A DNA stretch of 64,000 nt from assembly GCF_009931435.1 (NCBI RefSeq), contig NZ_CP043414.1; one strand, 5' to 3'. Position numbers and translations under genes: made by a program. Each line of letters starts with the position of its first letter. The stretch's first letter is position 1. Below the pieces are notes generated by a model. The model was given only the letters and a program-made list of their open reading frames with translations, was not told where the DNA came from and did no database searches. Below, one piece after another: positions 25,494 to 38,554 of this stretch. The DNA comes from Escherichia coli. GTDB taxonomy: Bacteria; Pseudomonadota; Gammaproteobacteria; Enterobacterales; Enterobacteriaceae.

Positions 25494-26129
25494 TTGGCAA
25501 CTCACGAGCGTCGTGTGGTGTTTTTTGACTTAGATGGAACATTGCATCAGCAGGATATGTTCGGCAGTTTTATGCGTTATTTACTGCGTCGCCAACCGCT
25601 GAATGCATTACTTGTCCTGCCGTTGTTGCCGGTCATTGCCATCGCGTTATTGATAAAAGGTCGTGCAGCACGCTGGCCGATGAGTCTGCTTCTTTGGGGA
25701 TGCACTTTTGGTCACAGTGAAGCGCGTTTACAGGCGTTGCAGGCCGATTTTGTGCACTGGTTTCGCGACAATGTTACAGCTTTTCCGCTTGTCCAGGAGC
25801 GTTTGACTACCTACCTGTTAAGTTCCGATGCGGATATTTGGTTGATCACAGGCTCTCCGCAGCCGCTGGTTGAAGCGGTTTATTATGATACGCCCTGGTT
25901 GCCGCGGGTTAATCTTATTGCCAGTAAGATCCAGCGGGGTTATGGCGGTTGGATATTGACGATGCGTTGTCTGGGACATGAAAAGGTCGCACAACTGGAG
26001 CGCAAAATTGGCACGCCGCTGCGGCTGTACAGTGGCTATAGCGACAGTAATCAGGACAACCCGCTGCTTTATTTCTGCCAGCATCGCTGGCGGGTAACCC
26101 CGCGTGGTGAACTCCAGCAACTGGAATAG
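25494..26129 (+). CDS. pgpC: Phosphatidylglycerophosphatase C (HAD-like)
   Basis: 211 aa; HAD motif I FFDLDGTL; start codon in sequence is TTG. Confidence 0.88.
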   Translation: MATHERRVVFFDLDGTLHQQDMFGSFMRYLLRRQPLNALLVLPLLPVIAIALLIKGRAARWPMSLLLWGCTFGHSEARLQALQADFVHWFRDNVTAFPLVQERLTTYLLSSDADIWLITGSPQPLVEAVYYDTPWLPRVNLIASKIQRGYGGWILTMRCLGHEKVAQLERKIGTPLRLYSGYSDSNQDNPLLYFCQHRWRVTPRGELQQLE

Positions 26130-26141
26130 AGTAAAGCATAG

Positions 26142-28243
<2,102 letters not shown>

Positions 28244-28408
28244 TTAGTTAATTCTCTGTGTCGTGCGCATCCTAGCTTGAAAAAACGTAATAATAGTGAA
28301 AGGTTTACTCATAAATGAGCGGCATTTTGCGTAAACCAGCGCCAGTTGGCAACTTATTACAGCCATTGGCGGCACGCGTTGCTAATTCACGATGGTGATT
28401 TTATTTCC

Positions 28409-28424
28409 ACGCAAACGGTTTCGT
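28409..28424 (+). promoter_or_regulatory. PurR operator (PUR box) in purL promoter
   Basis: ACGCAAACGGTTTCGT palindrome 77 bp upstream of purL ATG. Confidence 0.6.
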
Positions 28425-28500
28425 CAGCGCATCAGATTCTTTATAATGACGCCCGTTTCCCCCCCTTGGGTACACCGAAAGCTTAGAAGACGAGAGACTT

Positions 28501-31500
28501 ATGATGGAAATTCTGCGTGGTTCGCCTGCATTGTCGGCATTCCGAATCAACAAACTGCTGGCACGTTTTCAGGCTGCCAGGCTCCCGGTTCACAATATTT
28601 ACGCCGAGTATGTCCATTTTGCTGACCTCAATGCGCCGTTAAACGATGATGAGCACGCACAACTTGAACGCCTGCTGAAATATGGCCCGGCACTCGCCAG
28701 CCACGCCCCGCAAGGCAAACTCCTGCTGGTGACTCCGCGTCCTGGTACCATCTCTCCCTGGTCTTCGAAAGCGACCGATATCGCCCATAACTGCGGGCTG
28801 CAACAGGTAAACCGCCTTGAGCGCGGCGTTGCTTACTATATAGAAGCCGGTACGCTGACCCATCAACAATGGCAGCAGGTGACCGCTGAACTGCACGACC
28901 GCATGATGGAAACAGTCTTTTCTGCTTTAGATGATGCAGAGCAGCTGTTTGCACACCATCAACCGACTCCGGTCACCAGCGTTGATTTGCTGGGGCAGGG
29001 CCGTCAGGCGCTAATCGACGCTAACCTGCGTCTTGGCCTGGCACTGGCGGAAGATGAAATTGACTATCTGCAGGATGCGTTCACAAAGCTGGGTCGTAAC
29101 CCGAACGACATCGAGCTGTATATGTTCGCCCAGGCGAATTCTGAGCACTGCCGCCACAAAATTTTTAACGCCGACTGGATTATCGACGGAGAACAACAGC
29201 CGAAATCGCTGTTCAAGATGATCAAAAACACCTTCGAAACCACGCCGGATCACGTTCTTTCTGCTTATAAAGATAACGCCGCCGTAATGGAAGGTTCTGA
29301 AGTGGGCCGCTACTTTGCTGACCACGAAACGGGCCGCTACGATTTCCATCAGGAACCGGCGCACATTCTGATGAAAGTCGAAACCCACAACCACCCAACG
29401 GCGATTTCTCCGTGGCCGGGCGCAGCTACCGGTTCCGGCGGTGAAATCCGCGATGAAGGTGCCACCGGCCGCGGCGCGAAGCCGAAAGCTGGCCTGGTCG
29501 GTTTCTCCGTATCCAACCTGCGTATTCCTGGCTTTGAACAACCGTGGGAAGAAGATTTCGGTAAGCCTGAGCGCATTGTCACCGCGCTGGACATCATGAC
29601 AGAAGGTCCGCTGGGCGGCGCGGCATTTAACAACGAATTTGGTCGTCCGGCACTGAACGGCTACTTCCGTACCTATGAAGAAAAAGTGAACAGCCACAAC
29701 GGCGAAGAGCTGCGCGGGTATCACAAACCGATCATGCTGGCGGGTGGGATCGGCAACATTCGCGCCGATCACGTACAAAAAGGTGAGATCAACGTCGGTG
29801 CGAAACTGGTCGTTCTCGGCGGCCCGGCAATGAACATCGGTCTTGGCGGCGGCGCGGCGTCTTCCATGGCGTCTGGTCAGTCTGATGCCGACCTCGACTT
29901 TGCTTCCGTACAGCGCGATAACCCGGAGATGGAGCGTCGCTGTCAGGAAGTGATCGACCGTTGCTGGCAGCTTGGTGATGCTAACCCAATTCTGTTTATC
30001 CACGACGTCGGCGCAGGCGGTCTTTCTAATGCCATGCCGGAGCTGGTGAGCGACGGCGGACGCGGCGGTAAATTCGAACTGCGCGATATTCTGAGCGACG
30101 AACCGGGCATGAGCCCGCTGGAAATCTGGTGTAACGAATCCCAGGAACGCTACGTGCTGGCGGTTGCTGCCGATCAGTTACCGCTGTTTGACGAACTGTG
30201 TAAGCGTGAACGCGCGCCCTACGCGGTGATTGGTGAAGCGACCGAAGAACTGCATCTTTCTCTGCACGATCGTCATTTTGATAATCAGCCGATCGATCTG
30301 CCGCTGGACGTCCTGCTTGGTAAAACGCCGAAGATGACCCGCGATGTGCAAACGCTGAAAGCGAAAGGCGACGCGCTGGCCCGTGAAGGGATCACCATTG
30401 CAGACGCGGTGAAACGTGTGCTGCATCTGCCGACTGTGGCGGAAAAAACCTTCCTGGTGACCATTGGCGACCGCAGCGTAACCGGTATGGTGGCGCGCGA
30501 TCAGATGGTGGGGCCGTGGCAGGTGCCGGTCGCTAACTGCGCGGTCACTACCGCCAGCCTCGACAGCTACTACGGCGAAGCGATGGCAATTGGCGAACGT
30601 GCGCCGGTTGCACTGCTGGATTTCGCCGCCTCTGCCCGTCTGGCGGTCGGTGAAGCGTTAACCAATATTGCCGCAACGCAGATTGGCGATATCAAACGCA
30701 TTAAACTTTCCGCCAACTGGATGGCGGCGGCAGGCCACCCTGGTGAAGATGCAGGCCTGTATGAAGCCGTTAAAGCGGTGGGCGAAGAGCTTTGTCCGGC
30801 GCTGGGCCTGACGATTCCGGTGGGTAAAGACTCCATGTCGATGAAAACCCGCTGGCAGGAAGGTAGCGAAGAGCGCGAAATGACCTCGCCGCTTTCGCTG
30901 GTGATTTCTGCATTTGCCCGCGTGGAAGATGTACGTCACACCATCACGCCGCAGCTTTCTACCGAAGATAACGCACTGCTGCTGATTGATTTAGGCAAAG
31001 GCAATAACGCGCTGGGCGCAACGGCGCTGGCGCAGGTTTATCGTCAGCTTGGCGACAAGCCTGCTGATGTGCGCGACTTCGCGCAACTGAAAGGTTTCTA
31101 TGACGCGATTCAGGCACTGGTTGCACAGCGTAAGCTGCTCGCGTACCACGACCGCTCTGACGGTGGCCTGCTGGTGACGCTGGCGGAAATGGCGTTTGCC
31201 GGTCATTGCGGTATTGAAGCGGATATCGCCACTCTGGGTGACGATCGCCTGGCGGCGTTGTTTAACGAAGAACTGGGTGCGGTGATTCAGGTTCGAGCCG
31301 CTGACCGTGAAGCAGTTGAAGCGGTACTGGCACAGCATGGGCTTGCTGATTGCGTCCATTATGTTGGGCAGGCGGTTTCCGGTGACCGTTTTGTAATTAC
31401 CGCCAACGGGCAGACTGTATTCAGCGAAAGCCGCACCACGTTGCGTGTCTGGTGGGCAGAAACTACCTGGCAGATGCAGCGCCTGCGTGACAATCCGGAG

Positions 31501-32388
31501 TGTGCCGATCAGGAACATCAGGCGAAATCTAACGACGCCGATCCGGGCCTGAATGTGAAACTGTCGTTTGATATCAACGAAGATGTGGCAGCACCGTATA
31601 TTGCCACCGGTGCGCGTCCGAAAGTTGCCGTGCTGCGTGAGCAGGGGGTGAACTCGCATGTTGAAATGGCGGCAGCTTTCCACCGTGCAGGCTTCGATGC
31701 AATCGATGTGCATATGAGCGACCTGCTGGCTGGACGCACGGGCCTGGAGGATTTCCACGCTCTGGTAGCGTGCGGCGGATTCTCCTACGGTGACGTGCTG
31801 GGGGCTGGTGAAGGTTGGGCGAAGTCTATCCTGTTCAATGACCGTGTACACGATGAGTTTGCAACCTTCTTCCACCGTCCGCAAACGCTGGCGCTGGGGG
31901 TATGTAACGGTTGCCAGATGATGTCTAACCTACGCGAACTGATCCCAGGTAGCGAGTTGTGGCCACGTTTCGTGCGTAACACCTCCGATCGCTTTGAAGC
32001 GCGTTTCAGCCTGGTAGAAGTGACCCAAAGCCCGTCTCTGCTGTTGCAAGGGATGGTGGGTTCGCAGATGCCGATTGCTGTCTCTCACGGCGAAGGGCGC
32101 GTGGAAGTGCGCGATGCGGCGCATCTGGCGGCACTGGAAAGCAAAGGGCTGGTGGCACTGCGCTATGTCGATAACTTTGGTAAAGTCACCGAAACCTACC
32201 CGGCTAACCCGAACGGTTCTCCGAATGGTATTACGGCGGTCACGACTGAAAGTGGTCGAGTCACCATTATGATGCCGCACCCGGAACGTGTTTTCCGTAC
32301 TGTCAGTAACTCCTGGTATCCGGAAAACTGGGGCGAGGATGGCCCATGGATGCGTATTTTCCGCAATGCGCGTAAGCAGTTGGGGTAA
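28501..32388 (+). CDS. purL: Phosphoribosylformylglycinamidine (FGAM) synthase, large single-chain form
   Basis: 1295 aa; [21 protein letters not shown]-terminus; C-terminal glutaminase domain GVCNGCQMM. Confidence 0.96.
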   Translation: MMEILRGSPALSAFRINKLLARFQAARLPVHNIYAEYVHFADLNAPLNDDEHAQLERLLKYGPALASHAPQGKLLLVTPRPGTISPWSSKATDIAHNCGLQQVNRLERGVAYYIEAGTLTHQQWQQVTAELHDRMMETVFSALDDAEQLFAHHQPTPVTSVDLLGQGRQALIDANLRLGLALAEDEIDYLQDAFTKLGRNPNDIELYMFAQANSEHCRHKIFNADWIIDGEQQPKSLFKMIKNTFETTPDHVLSAYKDNAAVMEGSEVGRYFADHETGRYDFHQEPAHILMKVETHNHPTAISPWPGAATGSGGEIRDEGATGRGAKPKAGLVGFSVSNLRIPGFEQPWEEDFGKPERIVTALDIMTEGPLGGAAFNNEFGRPALNGYFRTYEEKVNSHNGEELRGYHKPIMLAGGIGNIRADHVQKGEINVGAKLVVLGGPAMNIGLGGGAASSMASGQSDADLDFASVQRDNPEMERRCQEVIDRCWQLGDANPILFIHDVGAGGLSNAMPELVSDGGRGGKFELRDILSDEPGMSPLEIWCNESQERYVLAVAADQLPLFDELCKRERAPYAVIGEATEELHLSLHDRHFDNQPIDLPLDVLLGKTPKMTRDVQTLKAKGDALAREGITIADAVKRVLHLPTVAEKTFLVTIGDRSVTGMVARDQMVGPWQVPVANCAVTTASLDSYYGEAMAIGERAPVALLDFAASARLAVGEALTNIAATQIGDIKRIKLSANWMAAAGHPGEDAGLYEAVKAVGEELCPALGLTIPVGKDSMSMKTRWQEGSEEREMTSPLSLVISAFARVEDVRHTITPQLSTEDNALLLIDLGKGNNALGATALAQVYRQLGDKPADVRDFAQLKGFYDAIQALVAQRKLLAYHDRSDGGLLVTLAEMAFAGHCGIEADIATLGDDRLAALFNEELGAVIQVRAADREAVEAVLAQHGLADCVHYVGQAVSGDRFVITANGQTVFSESRTTLRVWWAETTWQMQRLRDNPECADQEHQAKSNDADPGLNVKLSFDINEDVAAPYIATGARPKVAVLREQGVNSHVEMAAAFHRAGFDAIDVHMSDLLAGRTGLEDFHALVACGGFSYGDVLGAGEGWAKSILFNDRVHDEFATFFHRPQTLALGVCNGCQMMSNLRELIPGSELWPRFVRNTSDRFEARFSLVEVTQSPSLLLQGMVGSQMPIAVSHGEGRVEVRDAAHLAALESKGLVALRYVDNFGKVTETYPANPNGSPNGITAVTTESGRVTIMMPHPERVFRTVSNSWYPENWGEDGPWMRIFRNARKQLG

Positions 32389-32411
32389 GTCGTAAAACTA
32401 TTGGTTTTGCT

Positions 32412-32452
32412 GCCCGGATGTGGCATTCACGCCGCATCCGGCATTAAACGCC
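32412..32452. repeat. REP-like palindrome downstream of purL
   Basis: GCCCGGATGTGGCATTCACGCCGCATCCGGC; resembles a degenerate single REP. Confidence 0.4.
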
Positions 32453-32465
32453 GACCACTATCATA

Positions 32466-32491
32466 AGCTCCCAGCTCCGGGAGCTTTTTTT
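32466..32491 (+). terminator. Intrinsic terminator of purL
   Basis: AGCTCCC-agctcc-GGGAGCT hairpin followed by TTTTTT. Confidence 0.75.
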
Positions 32492-32492
32492 G

Positions 32493-32510
32493 TGTCTGTA
32501 AATCACGACA
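32493..32510 (+). promoter_or_regulatory. GlrR-type activator binding site 1 (TGTC-N10-GACA)
   Basis: TGTCTGTAAATCACGACA upstream of the glmY sigma54 promoter. Confidence 0.55.
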
Positions 32511-32525
32511 ATGGGTGGTTTACCG

Positions 32526-32543
32526 TGTCGCTTTTTGGCGACA
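32526..32543 (+). promoter_or_regulatory. GlrR-type activator binding site 2 (TGTC-N10-GACA)
   Basis: TGTCGCTTTTTGGCGACA. Confidence 0.6.
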
Positions 32544-32588
32544 TTTAATTGATTGATTTTATTTGGATCTAATAAATTTATCTTAAGG

Positions 32589-32606
32589 TGTCTCTTTTTA
32601 GCGACA
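32589..32606 (+). promoter_or_regulatory. GlrR-type activator binding site 3 (TGTC-N10-GACA)
   Basis: TGTCTCTTTTTAGCGACA; three similarly spaced repeats are typical of a sigma54 enhancer. Confidence 0.6.
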
Positions 32607-32695
32607 CAATGGCTGATTTACAGCCAAATAGCGAAGAAGTCATAAATCCATCAAAACAACGTATAATCAGTACGTTACCAAACTATTTTATTTAT

Positions 32696-32711
32696 TGGCA
32701 CAGTTACTGCA
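32696..32711 (+). promoter_or_regulatory. Sigma54 promoter (-24 TGGCAC / -12 CTGCA) of glmY, overlapping a sigma70 -10-like CATAAT
   Basis: TGGCACagttaCTGCAT with correct GG-N10-GC spacing; predicted start about 32722-32724. Confidence 0.65.
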
Positions 32712-32722
32712 TAATAGTCATC

Positions 32723-32906
32723 AGTGGCTCATTCACCGACTTATGTCAGCCCCTTCGGGACGTGCTACATAAAATTCGAATGACGCACAACAAGGTGCCT
32801 GCCGTCCAACTTCTGATATCAGCTTAGCTATATCAACCCTCGGGCGAAACGTCGAGTTAGGCACCGCCTTATTCCATAACAAAGCCGGGTCATTCCCGGC
32901 TTTGTT
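32723..32906 (+). ncRNA. glmY: Small regulatory RNA GlmY (controls glmS via GlmZ/RapZ)
   Basis: Starts AGTGGCTCATTCACCGACTTATGTCAGCCCCTTCGGGACG 12 nt after the sigma54 -12 element; ends with terminator AAAGCCGGGTCATTCCCGGCTTTGTTGT; ~184 nt; upstream of glrK on the same strand. Confidence 0.8.
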
Positions 32907-32964
32907 GTATCTGAACTTCCCCTCGGTTAGCATCAGGCTATTCGCGTCTGACGAGAGTAACACC

Positions 32965-34392
32965 TTGAAACGCTGGCCCGTTTTTCCCCGCTCATTACGA
33001 CAACTGGTAATGCTGGCATTTTTGCTGATTCTGCTACCCCTGTTGGTGCTGGCATGGCAAGCCTGGCAAAGCCTGAATGCGCTTAGCGATCAGGCGGCGC
33101 TGGTTAACCGTACTACGCTTATTGATGCCCGGCGCAGTGAAGCGATGACCAACGCGGCGCTGGAGATGGAGCGTAGCTACCGTCAGTATTGCGTGCTGGA
33201 TGACCCAACCCTGGCGAAGGTTTATCAAAGCCAGCGCAAGCGTTATAGCGAAATGCTCGATGCCCACGCAGGCGTACTGCCGGACGATAAACTTTACCAG
33301 GCATTGCGTCAGGACTTGAACAATCTGGCTCAACTTCAGTGTAACAACAGCGGTCCCGATGCTGCCGCCGCCGCGCGTCTGGAAGCCTTTGCCAGCGCCA
33401 ATACCGAAATGGTACAGGCCACGCGCACAGTGGTGTTCTCTCGTGGGCAGCAGCTTCAGCGTGAAATCGCCGAACGTGGGCAATATTTTGGTTGGCAATC
33501 GCTGGTGTTATTTCTGGTAAGTCTGGTGATGGTACTGCTCTTCACGCGGATGATTATCGGCCCGGTAAAAAATATTGAACGGATGATCAACCGTCTGGGG
33601 GAAGGGCGTTCTCTGGGCAATAGCGTTTCGTTCAGTGGCCCGAGTGAGTTACGCTCGGTTGGGCAACGTATTCTTTGGTTAAGTGAGCGCCTGTCATGGC
33701 TGGAATCCCAGCGCCATCAATTCTTAAGACATTTATCTCATGAATTAAAAACCCCGCTGGCGAGTATGCGCGAGGGCACTGAATTACTGGCTGACCAGGT
33801 TGTCGGGCCGCTTACGCCCGAGCAAAAAGAGGTGGTGAGCATCCTTGATAGCAGCAGCCGCAATTTGCAAAAACTGATCGAACAACTGCTTGATTACAAC
33901 CGTAAACAGGCGGACGGCGCGGTGGAACTGGAGAGTGTAGAGTTGGCACCGCTGGTGGAAATGGTGGTTTCTGCTCATAGCCTGCCCGCACGGGCTAAAA
34001 TGATGCATACCGACGTCGATCTCAAAGCAACTGCTTGCCTGGCGGAGCCAATGCTGCTGATGAGCGTACTGGATAATCTTTACTCCAATGCGGTGCACTA
34101 CGGGGCTGAATCCGGTAACATTTGCCTTCGCAGCAGTTTACATGGCGCGCGGGTTTATATTGATGTCATCAATACAGGCACACCCATTCCGCAAGAGGAA
34201 CGCGCCATGATCTTCGAACCCTTTTTTCAGGGAAGCCACCAGCGAAAAGGGGCGGTGAAGGGCAGCGGTCTGGGATTAAGCATTGCCAGGGATTGTATTC
34301 GCCGTATGCAGGGGGAACTGTATCTGGTCGACGAGAGCGGGCAAGAGGTTTGCTTCCGCATTGAATTACCGTCGTCGAAAAACACGAAATAA
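32965..34392 (+). CDS. glrK: Sensor histidine kinase of the GlrK/GlrR (QseE/QseF) two-component system
   Basis: ORF track starts at TTG 32902 inside the glmY terminator; conserved N-terminus (M)KRWPVFPRSLRQLV begins at TTG 32965 (475 aa); HAMP, H-box HELKTPLASM, HATPase. Confidence 0.88.
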   Translation: MKRWPVFPRSLRQLVMLAFLLILLPLLVLAWQAWQSLNALSDQAALVNRTTLIDARRSEAMTNAALEMERSYRQYCVLDDPTLAKVYQSQRKRYSEMLDAHAGVLPDDKLYQALRQDLNNLAQLQCNNSGPDAAAAARLEAFASANTEMVQATRTVVFSRGQQLQREIAERGQYFGWQSLVLFLVSLVMVLLFTRMIIGPVKNIERMINRLGEGRSLGNSVSFSGPSELRSVGQRILWLSERLSWLESQRHQFLRHLSHELKTPLASMREGTELLADQVVGPLTPEQKEVVSILDSSSRNLQKLIEQLLDYNRKQADGAVELESVELAPLVEMVVSAHSLPARAKMMHTDVDLKATACLAEPMLLMSVLDNLYSNAVHYGAESGNICLRSSLHGARVYIDVINTGTPIPQEERAMIFEPFFQGSHQRKGAVKGSGLGLSIARDCIRRMQGELYLVDESGQEVCFRIELPSSKNTK

Positions 34393-34556
34393 TGTTAAGA
34401 GCCTATCCCATCAGGCTATTTTATTTGCCAGTTTGGCCTCGTGCAGTGCTCGAAATCCTTACGTACTACGTGTACGCTCCGGTTTCTCCGCGCTGTCCAT
34501 GTCCAAACTGCCTGCAACAATTACGCCCACTGGGATAGGTTTTAAGTCTGGTGAAT

Positions 34557-35270
34557 ATGCGACACATTTTTCAACGATTATTGCCCCGACGGCTATGGCT
34601 GGCAGGGCTGCCATGTCTGGCATTGCTGGGTTGCGTGCAGAGTCACAATAAGCCAGCTATTGATGCGCCAGCAGAAGAAAAAATTCCGGTTTATCAACTG
34701 GCTGACTATCTTTCTACTGAATGCAGCGACATCTGGGCACTGCAAGGTAAGTCAACCGAAACCAATCCGCTTTACTGGCTGCGGGCGATGGATTGTGCTG
34801 AACGTTTAATGCCTGCGCAGTCGCGTCAGCAAGCCCGCCAATATGACGACGGCAGCTGGCAAAATATCTTCAAACAAGGGATTTTGCTCGCTGACGCCAA
34901 AATTACGCCTTATGAGCGCCGCCAGCTGGTCGCGCGCATTGATGCGTTAAGTACCGAGATCCCGGCACAGGTTCGCCCACTGTATCAACTCTGGCGCGAA
35001 GGTCAGGCGCTGCAACTGCAACTGGCGGAAGAGCGCCAACGCTACAGCAAACTCCAGCAGTCCAGCGACAGCGAACTGGATACTTTACGCCAGCAACATC
35101 ACGTTCTACAGCAGCAACTGGAACTCACTACCCGCAAGCTGGAAAACCTGACCGATATTGAACGCCAGCTCTCGACTCGCAAACCGGCTGGCAATTTCTC
35201 GCCGGATACGCCGCACGAGAGTGAAAAGCCCGCGCCATCTACCCATGAGGTCACTCCTGATGAGCCATAA
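34557..35270 (+). CDS. qseG: Outer-membrane lipoprotein required for GlrK signalling
   Basis: Start at ATG 34557 (MRHIFQRLLPRRLWLAGLPCLALLGCVQ, 237 aa); lipobox LLGC; coiled-coil Q-rich C-terminus. Confidence 0.8.
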   Translation: MRHIFQRLLPRRLWLAGLPCLALLGCVQSHNKPAIDAPAEEKIPVYQLADYLSTECSDIWALQGKSTETNPLYWLRAMDCAERLMPAQSRQQARQYDDGSWQNIFKQGILLADAKITPYERRQLVARIDALSTEIPAQVRPLYQLWREGQALQLQLAEERQRYSKLQQSSDSELDTLRQQHHVLQQQLELTTRKLENLTDIERQLSTRKPAGNFSPDTPHESEKPAPSTHEVTPDEP

Positions 35271-36594
35271 ACCTGCGCATTTATTACTGGTCGATGACGA
35301 TCCAGGATTGCTGAAACTGCTTGGTCTGCGTCTGACCAGCGAAGGTTATAGCGTGGTTACGGCGGAAAGTGGAGCTGAAGGATTGCGGATACTGAATCGT
35401 GAAAAAGTAGATTTAGTCATCAGCGACCTGCGGATGGATGAAATGGATGGTATGCAACTGTTTGCTGAAATCCAGAAAGTGCAGCCAGGTATGCCAGTAA
35501 TCATCCTCACCGCGCATGGCTCCATTCCCGATGCGGTTGCCGCGACACAGCAGGGCGTGTTCAGTTTCCTCACCAAGCCCGTCGATAAAGACGCGCTGTA
35601 TCAGGCAATTGATGATGCGCTGGAACAATCCGCGCCAACCACCGACGAACGCTGGCGCGAGGCGATTGTCACCCGCAGCCCGCTGATGCTGCGTTTGCTG
35701 GAACAGGCGAGGCTGGTGGCGCAGTCAGATGTTAGCGTTTTGATTAACGGTCAGAGCGGTACCGGGAAAGAGATTTTTGCCCAGGCGATCCACAACGCCA
35801 GCCCGCGCAACAGCAAGCCGTTTATTGCTATTAACTGTGGCGCATTGCCCGAGCAATTACTGGAGTCCGAGCTGTTTGGTCATGCGCGCGGTGCGTTTAC
35901 TGGCGCTGTCAGCAATCGCGAAGGTTTATTCCAGGCGGCGGAAGGCGGTACGCTGTTTCTCGATGAGATTGGCGACATGCCCGCACCGTTGCAGGTCAAA
36001 CTGCTACGCGTGTTGCAGGAGCGCAAAGTGCGCCCGCTGGGCAGCAACCGCGATATTGATATCGACGTGCGGATTATTTCCGCCACTCACCGTGACCTGC
36101 CAAAGGCGATGGCGCGCGGGGAATTCCGTGAAGATCTCTACTATCGCCTCAACGTTGTCAGTCTGAAAATTCCGGCATTGGCGGAGCGCACAGAAGACAT
36201 TCCGCTACTGGCAAACCACTTATTGCGCCAGGCGGCAGAGCGACATAAACCGTTTGTCCGCGCATTCTCCACCGATGCAATGAAACGCCTGATGACCGCG
36301 AGCTGGCCGGGCAACGTGCGCCAGTTGGTCAACGTGATTGAACAGTGCGTGGCGCTAACATCATCTCCGGTGATTAGTGATGCGTTAGTCGAGCAGGCGC
36401 TGGAGGGCGAAAATACGGCTCTGCCAACCTTTGTTGAGGCGCGTAATCAGTTTGAACTCAACTACTTGCGTAAGCTGCTGCAAATCACCAAAGGTAATGT
36501 CACCCACGCGGCGAGAATGGCGGGGCGCAACCGGACAGAATTTTATAAACTGCTTTCCCGACACGAGCTGGATGCAAACGATTTCAAGGAATGA
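35260..36594 (+). CDS. glrR: Sigma54-dependent response regulator (NtrC family)
   Basis: Start at ATG 35260 ([18 protein letters not shown], 444 aa) overlapping qseG end by 11 nt; receiver domain, AAA+ sigma54-interaction domain ([14 protein letters not shown]), C-terminal HTH. Confidence 0.9.
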   Translation: MSHKPAHLLLVDDDPGLLKLLGLRLTSEGYSVVTAESGAEGLRILNREKVDLVISDLRMDEMDGMQLFAEIQKVQPGMPVIILTAHGSIPDAVAATQQGVFSFLTKPVDKDALYQAIDDALEQSAPTTDERWREAIVTRSPLMLRLLEQARLVAQSDVSVLINGQSGTGKEIFAQAIHNASPRNSKPFIAINCGALPEQLLESELFGHARGAFTGAVSNREGLFQAAEGGTLFLDEIGDMPAPLQVKLLRVLQERKVRPLGSNRDIDIDVRIISATHRDLPKAMARGEFREDLYYRLNVVSLKIPALAERTEDIPLLANHLLRQAAERHKPFVRAFSTDAMKRLMTASWPGNVRQLVNVIEQCVALTSSPVISDALVEQALEGENTALPTFVEARNQFELNYLRKLLQITKGNVTHAARMAGRNRTEFYKLLSRHELDANDFKE

Positions 36595-36618
36595 ATTGGC
36601 GTTATGTGTTACGTTTAG

Positions 36619-36993
<375 letters not shown>

Positions 36994-37004
36994 ACCGCGT
37001 CAGG

Positions 37005-37030
37005 GTTGCCGGATGTCTCCATCCGGCAAC
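37005..37030. terminator. Hairpin between convergent glnB and hmp (candidate bidirectional terminator)
   Basis: GTTGCCGGATG-tctc-CATCCGGCAAC perfect 11-bp stem; no clear U-tract on either strand. Confidence 0.4.
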
Positions 37031-37036
37031 CTCAAA

Positions 37037-38227
37037 TCACAGCACTTTATGCGGGCCAAAGCATTCGTAATGAATGTTTTCCTGTTTCACACCCAGGTCC
37101 ACTAACTGTTTCGCGGCAAACTGCATGAAGCCAACCGGGCCGCAGAGATAGAACTGCATTGTCGGATCGCTGAACGCACCTTCCAGTTTGCTCAAATCCA
37201 TCAGACCTTCACTATCAAACTGACCTTTAGCGCGATCGGCTTCGCTCGGCTGACGATACCAGGTGTGCGCGGTAAAGCGTGGCAGTGCTTGCCCCAGTTC
37301 CTTAACTTCATCGGCAAAGGCATGAACATCGCCATTTTCTGCCGCATGGAACCAGTTTACCTGAGCGCTATGACCTGCTTTTGCCAGCGTGTCGAGCATT
37401 GCCAGCATTGGTGTTTGACCGACACCGGCAGAGATTAACGTCACCGGCGTGTCATCTGCGATAGCCATAAAGAAATCACCTGCCGGAGCGACCAGTTTCA
37501 CGACATCGCCAACGTTGGCGTGATTGTGTAACCAGTTTGATACCTGCCCACCCTCTTCGCGTTTCACTGCAATACGATAGCCTTTGCCATCCGGTTTGCG
37601 CGTCAAAGAGTACTGACGAATTTCCTGATGTGGGAAACCTTCCGGTTTCAGCCAGACGCCGAGATATTGCCCTGGACGGTATTCCGCCACTGCGCCGCCG
37701 TCCACCGGCTCAAGTTCGAAACTGGTGATAAGCGTGCTGCGCGGTGTTTTAGCTACAATGCGGAAATCGCGAGTACCTTCCCAGCCACCGGCTTTGCTGG
37801 CGTTTTCGTTATAGATTTCCGCCTCGCGATTAATAAATACATTAGCCAGTACGCCATAGGCTTTACCCCACGCGTCCAGTACTTCCTGGCCCGGGCTGAA
37901 CATTTCGTCCAGCGTCGCCAACAGGTGTTCACCGACGATATTGTATTGTTCCGGTTTGATCTGGAAGCTGGTGTGTTTCTGAGCGATTTTTTCTACCGCT
38001 GGTAACAGCGCAGGCAGGTTTTCAATATTGCTGGCGTAGGCGGCAATAGCGTTAAACAGGGCTTCACGTTGATCGCCATTACGCTGGTTACTCATGTTAA
38101 AAATTTCTTTGAGTTCTGGGTTATGAGTAAACATACGGTCGTAGAAATGGGCGGTTAACTTTGGCCCTGTTTCCACCAGTAAAGGGATGGTGGCTTTTAC
38201 TGTAGCGATGGTTTGAGCGTCAAGCAT
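37037..38227 (-). CDS. hmp: Flavohemoglobin (nitric oxide dioxygenase)
   Basis: Start at ATG 38227 ([17 protein letters not shown], 396 aa); N-terminal globin, C-terminal FAD/NAD reductase module. Confidence 0.95.
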   Translation of the reverse strand: MLDAQTIATVKATIPLLVETGPKLTAHFYDRMFTHNPELKEIFNMSNQRNGDQREALFNAIAAYASNIENLPALLPAVEKIAQKHTSFQIKPEQYNIVGEHLLATLDEMFSPGQEVLDAWGKAYGVLANVFINREAEIYNENASKAGGWEGTRDFRIVAKTPRSTLITSFELEPVDGGAVAEYRPGQYLGVWLKPEGFPHQEIRQYSLTRKPDGKGYRIAVKREEGGQVSNWLHNHANVGDVVKLVAPAGDFFMAIADDTPVTLISAGVGQTPMLAMLDTLAKAGHSAQVNWFHAAENGDVHAFADEVKELGQALPRFTAHTWYRQPSEADRAKGQFDSEGLMDLSKLEGAFSDPTMQFYLCGPVGFMQFAAKQLVDLGVKQENIHYECFGPHKVL

Positions 38228-38244
38228 ATGGTCTTCCTTTTTTT

Positions 38245-38276
38245 GCATCTTAATTGATGTATCTCAAATGCATCTT
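38245..38276. promoter_or_regulatory. NsrR-type operator overlapping the hmp promoter
   Basis: Minus-strand reading AAGATGCATTTGAGATACATCAATTAAGATGC, an AAGATGC-containing imperfect palindrome 18-49 bp upstream of hmp ATG. Confidence 0.55.
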
Positions 38277-38554
38277 ATAAAAAATAGCCCTGCAATGTAA
38301 ATGGTTCTTTGGTGTTTTTCATGAAGAATGTGATGAAGTGAAAAATTTGCATCACAAACCTGAAAAGAAATCCGTTTACGGTTGCAAGCTCTTTATTCTC
38401 CAAAGCCTTGCGCAGACTGAAGGTAATCGTTTGCGTAAATTCCTTTGTCAAGACCTGTTATCGCACAATGATTCGGTTATACTGTTCGCCGTTGTCCAAC
38501 AGGACCGCCTATAAAGGCCGAAAATTTTATTGTTAGCTGAGTCAGGAGATGCGG

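Noticed and set aside
29011-31884. Two long minus-strand ORFs (330 aa and 297 aa) inside purL
   Set aside because: Both are antisense to the 1295-aa purL coding sequence, which has intact conserved motifs; no independent start context or recognisable domains.
32412-32452. REP-like palindrome after purL considered as a mobile-element remnant
   Set aside because: A single degenerate palindrome followed immediately by a canonical terminator; no flanking duplications or coding capacity. Reported only as a low-confidence repeat.
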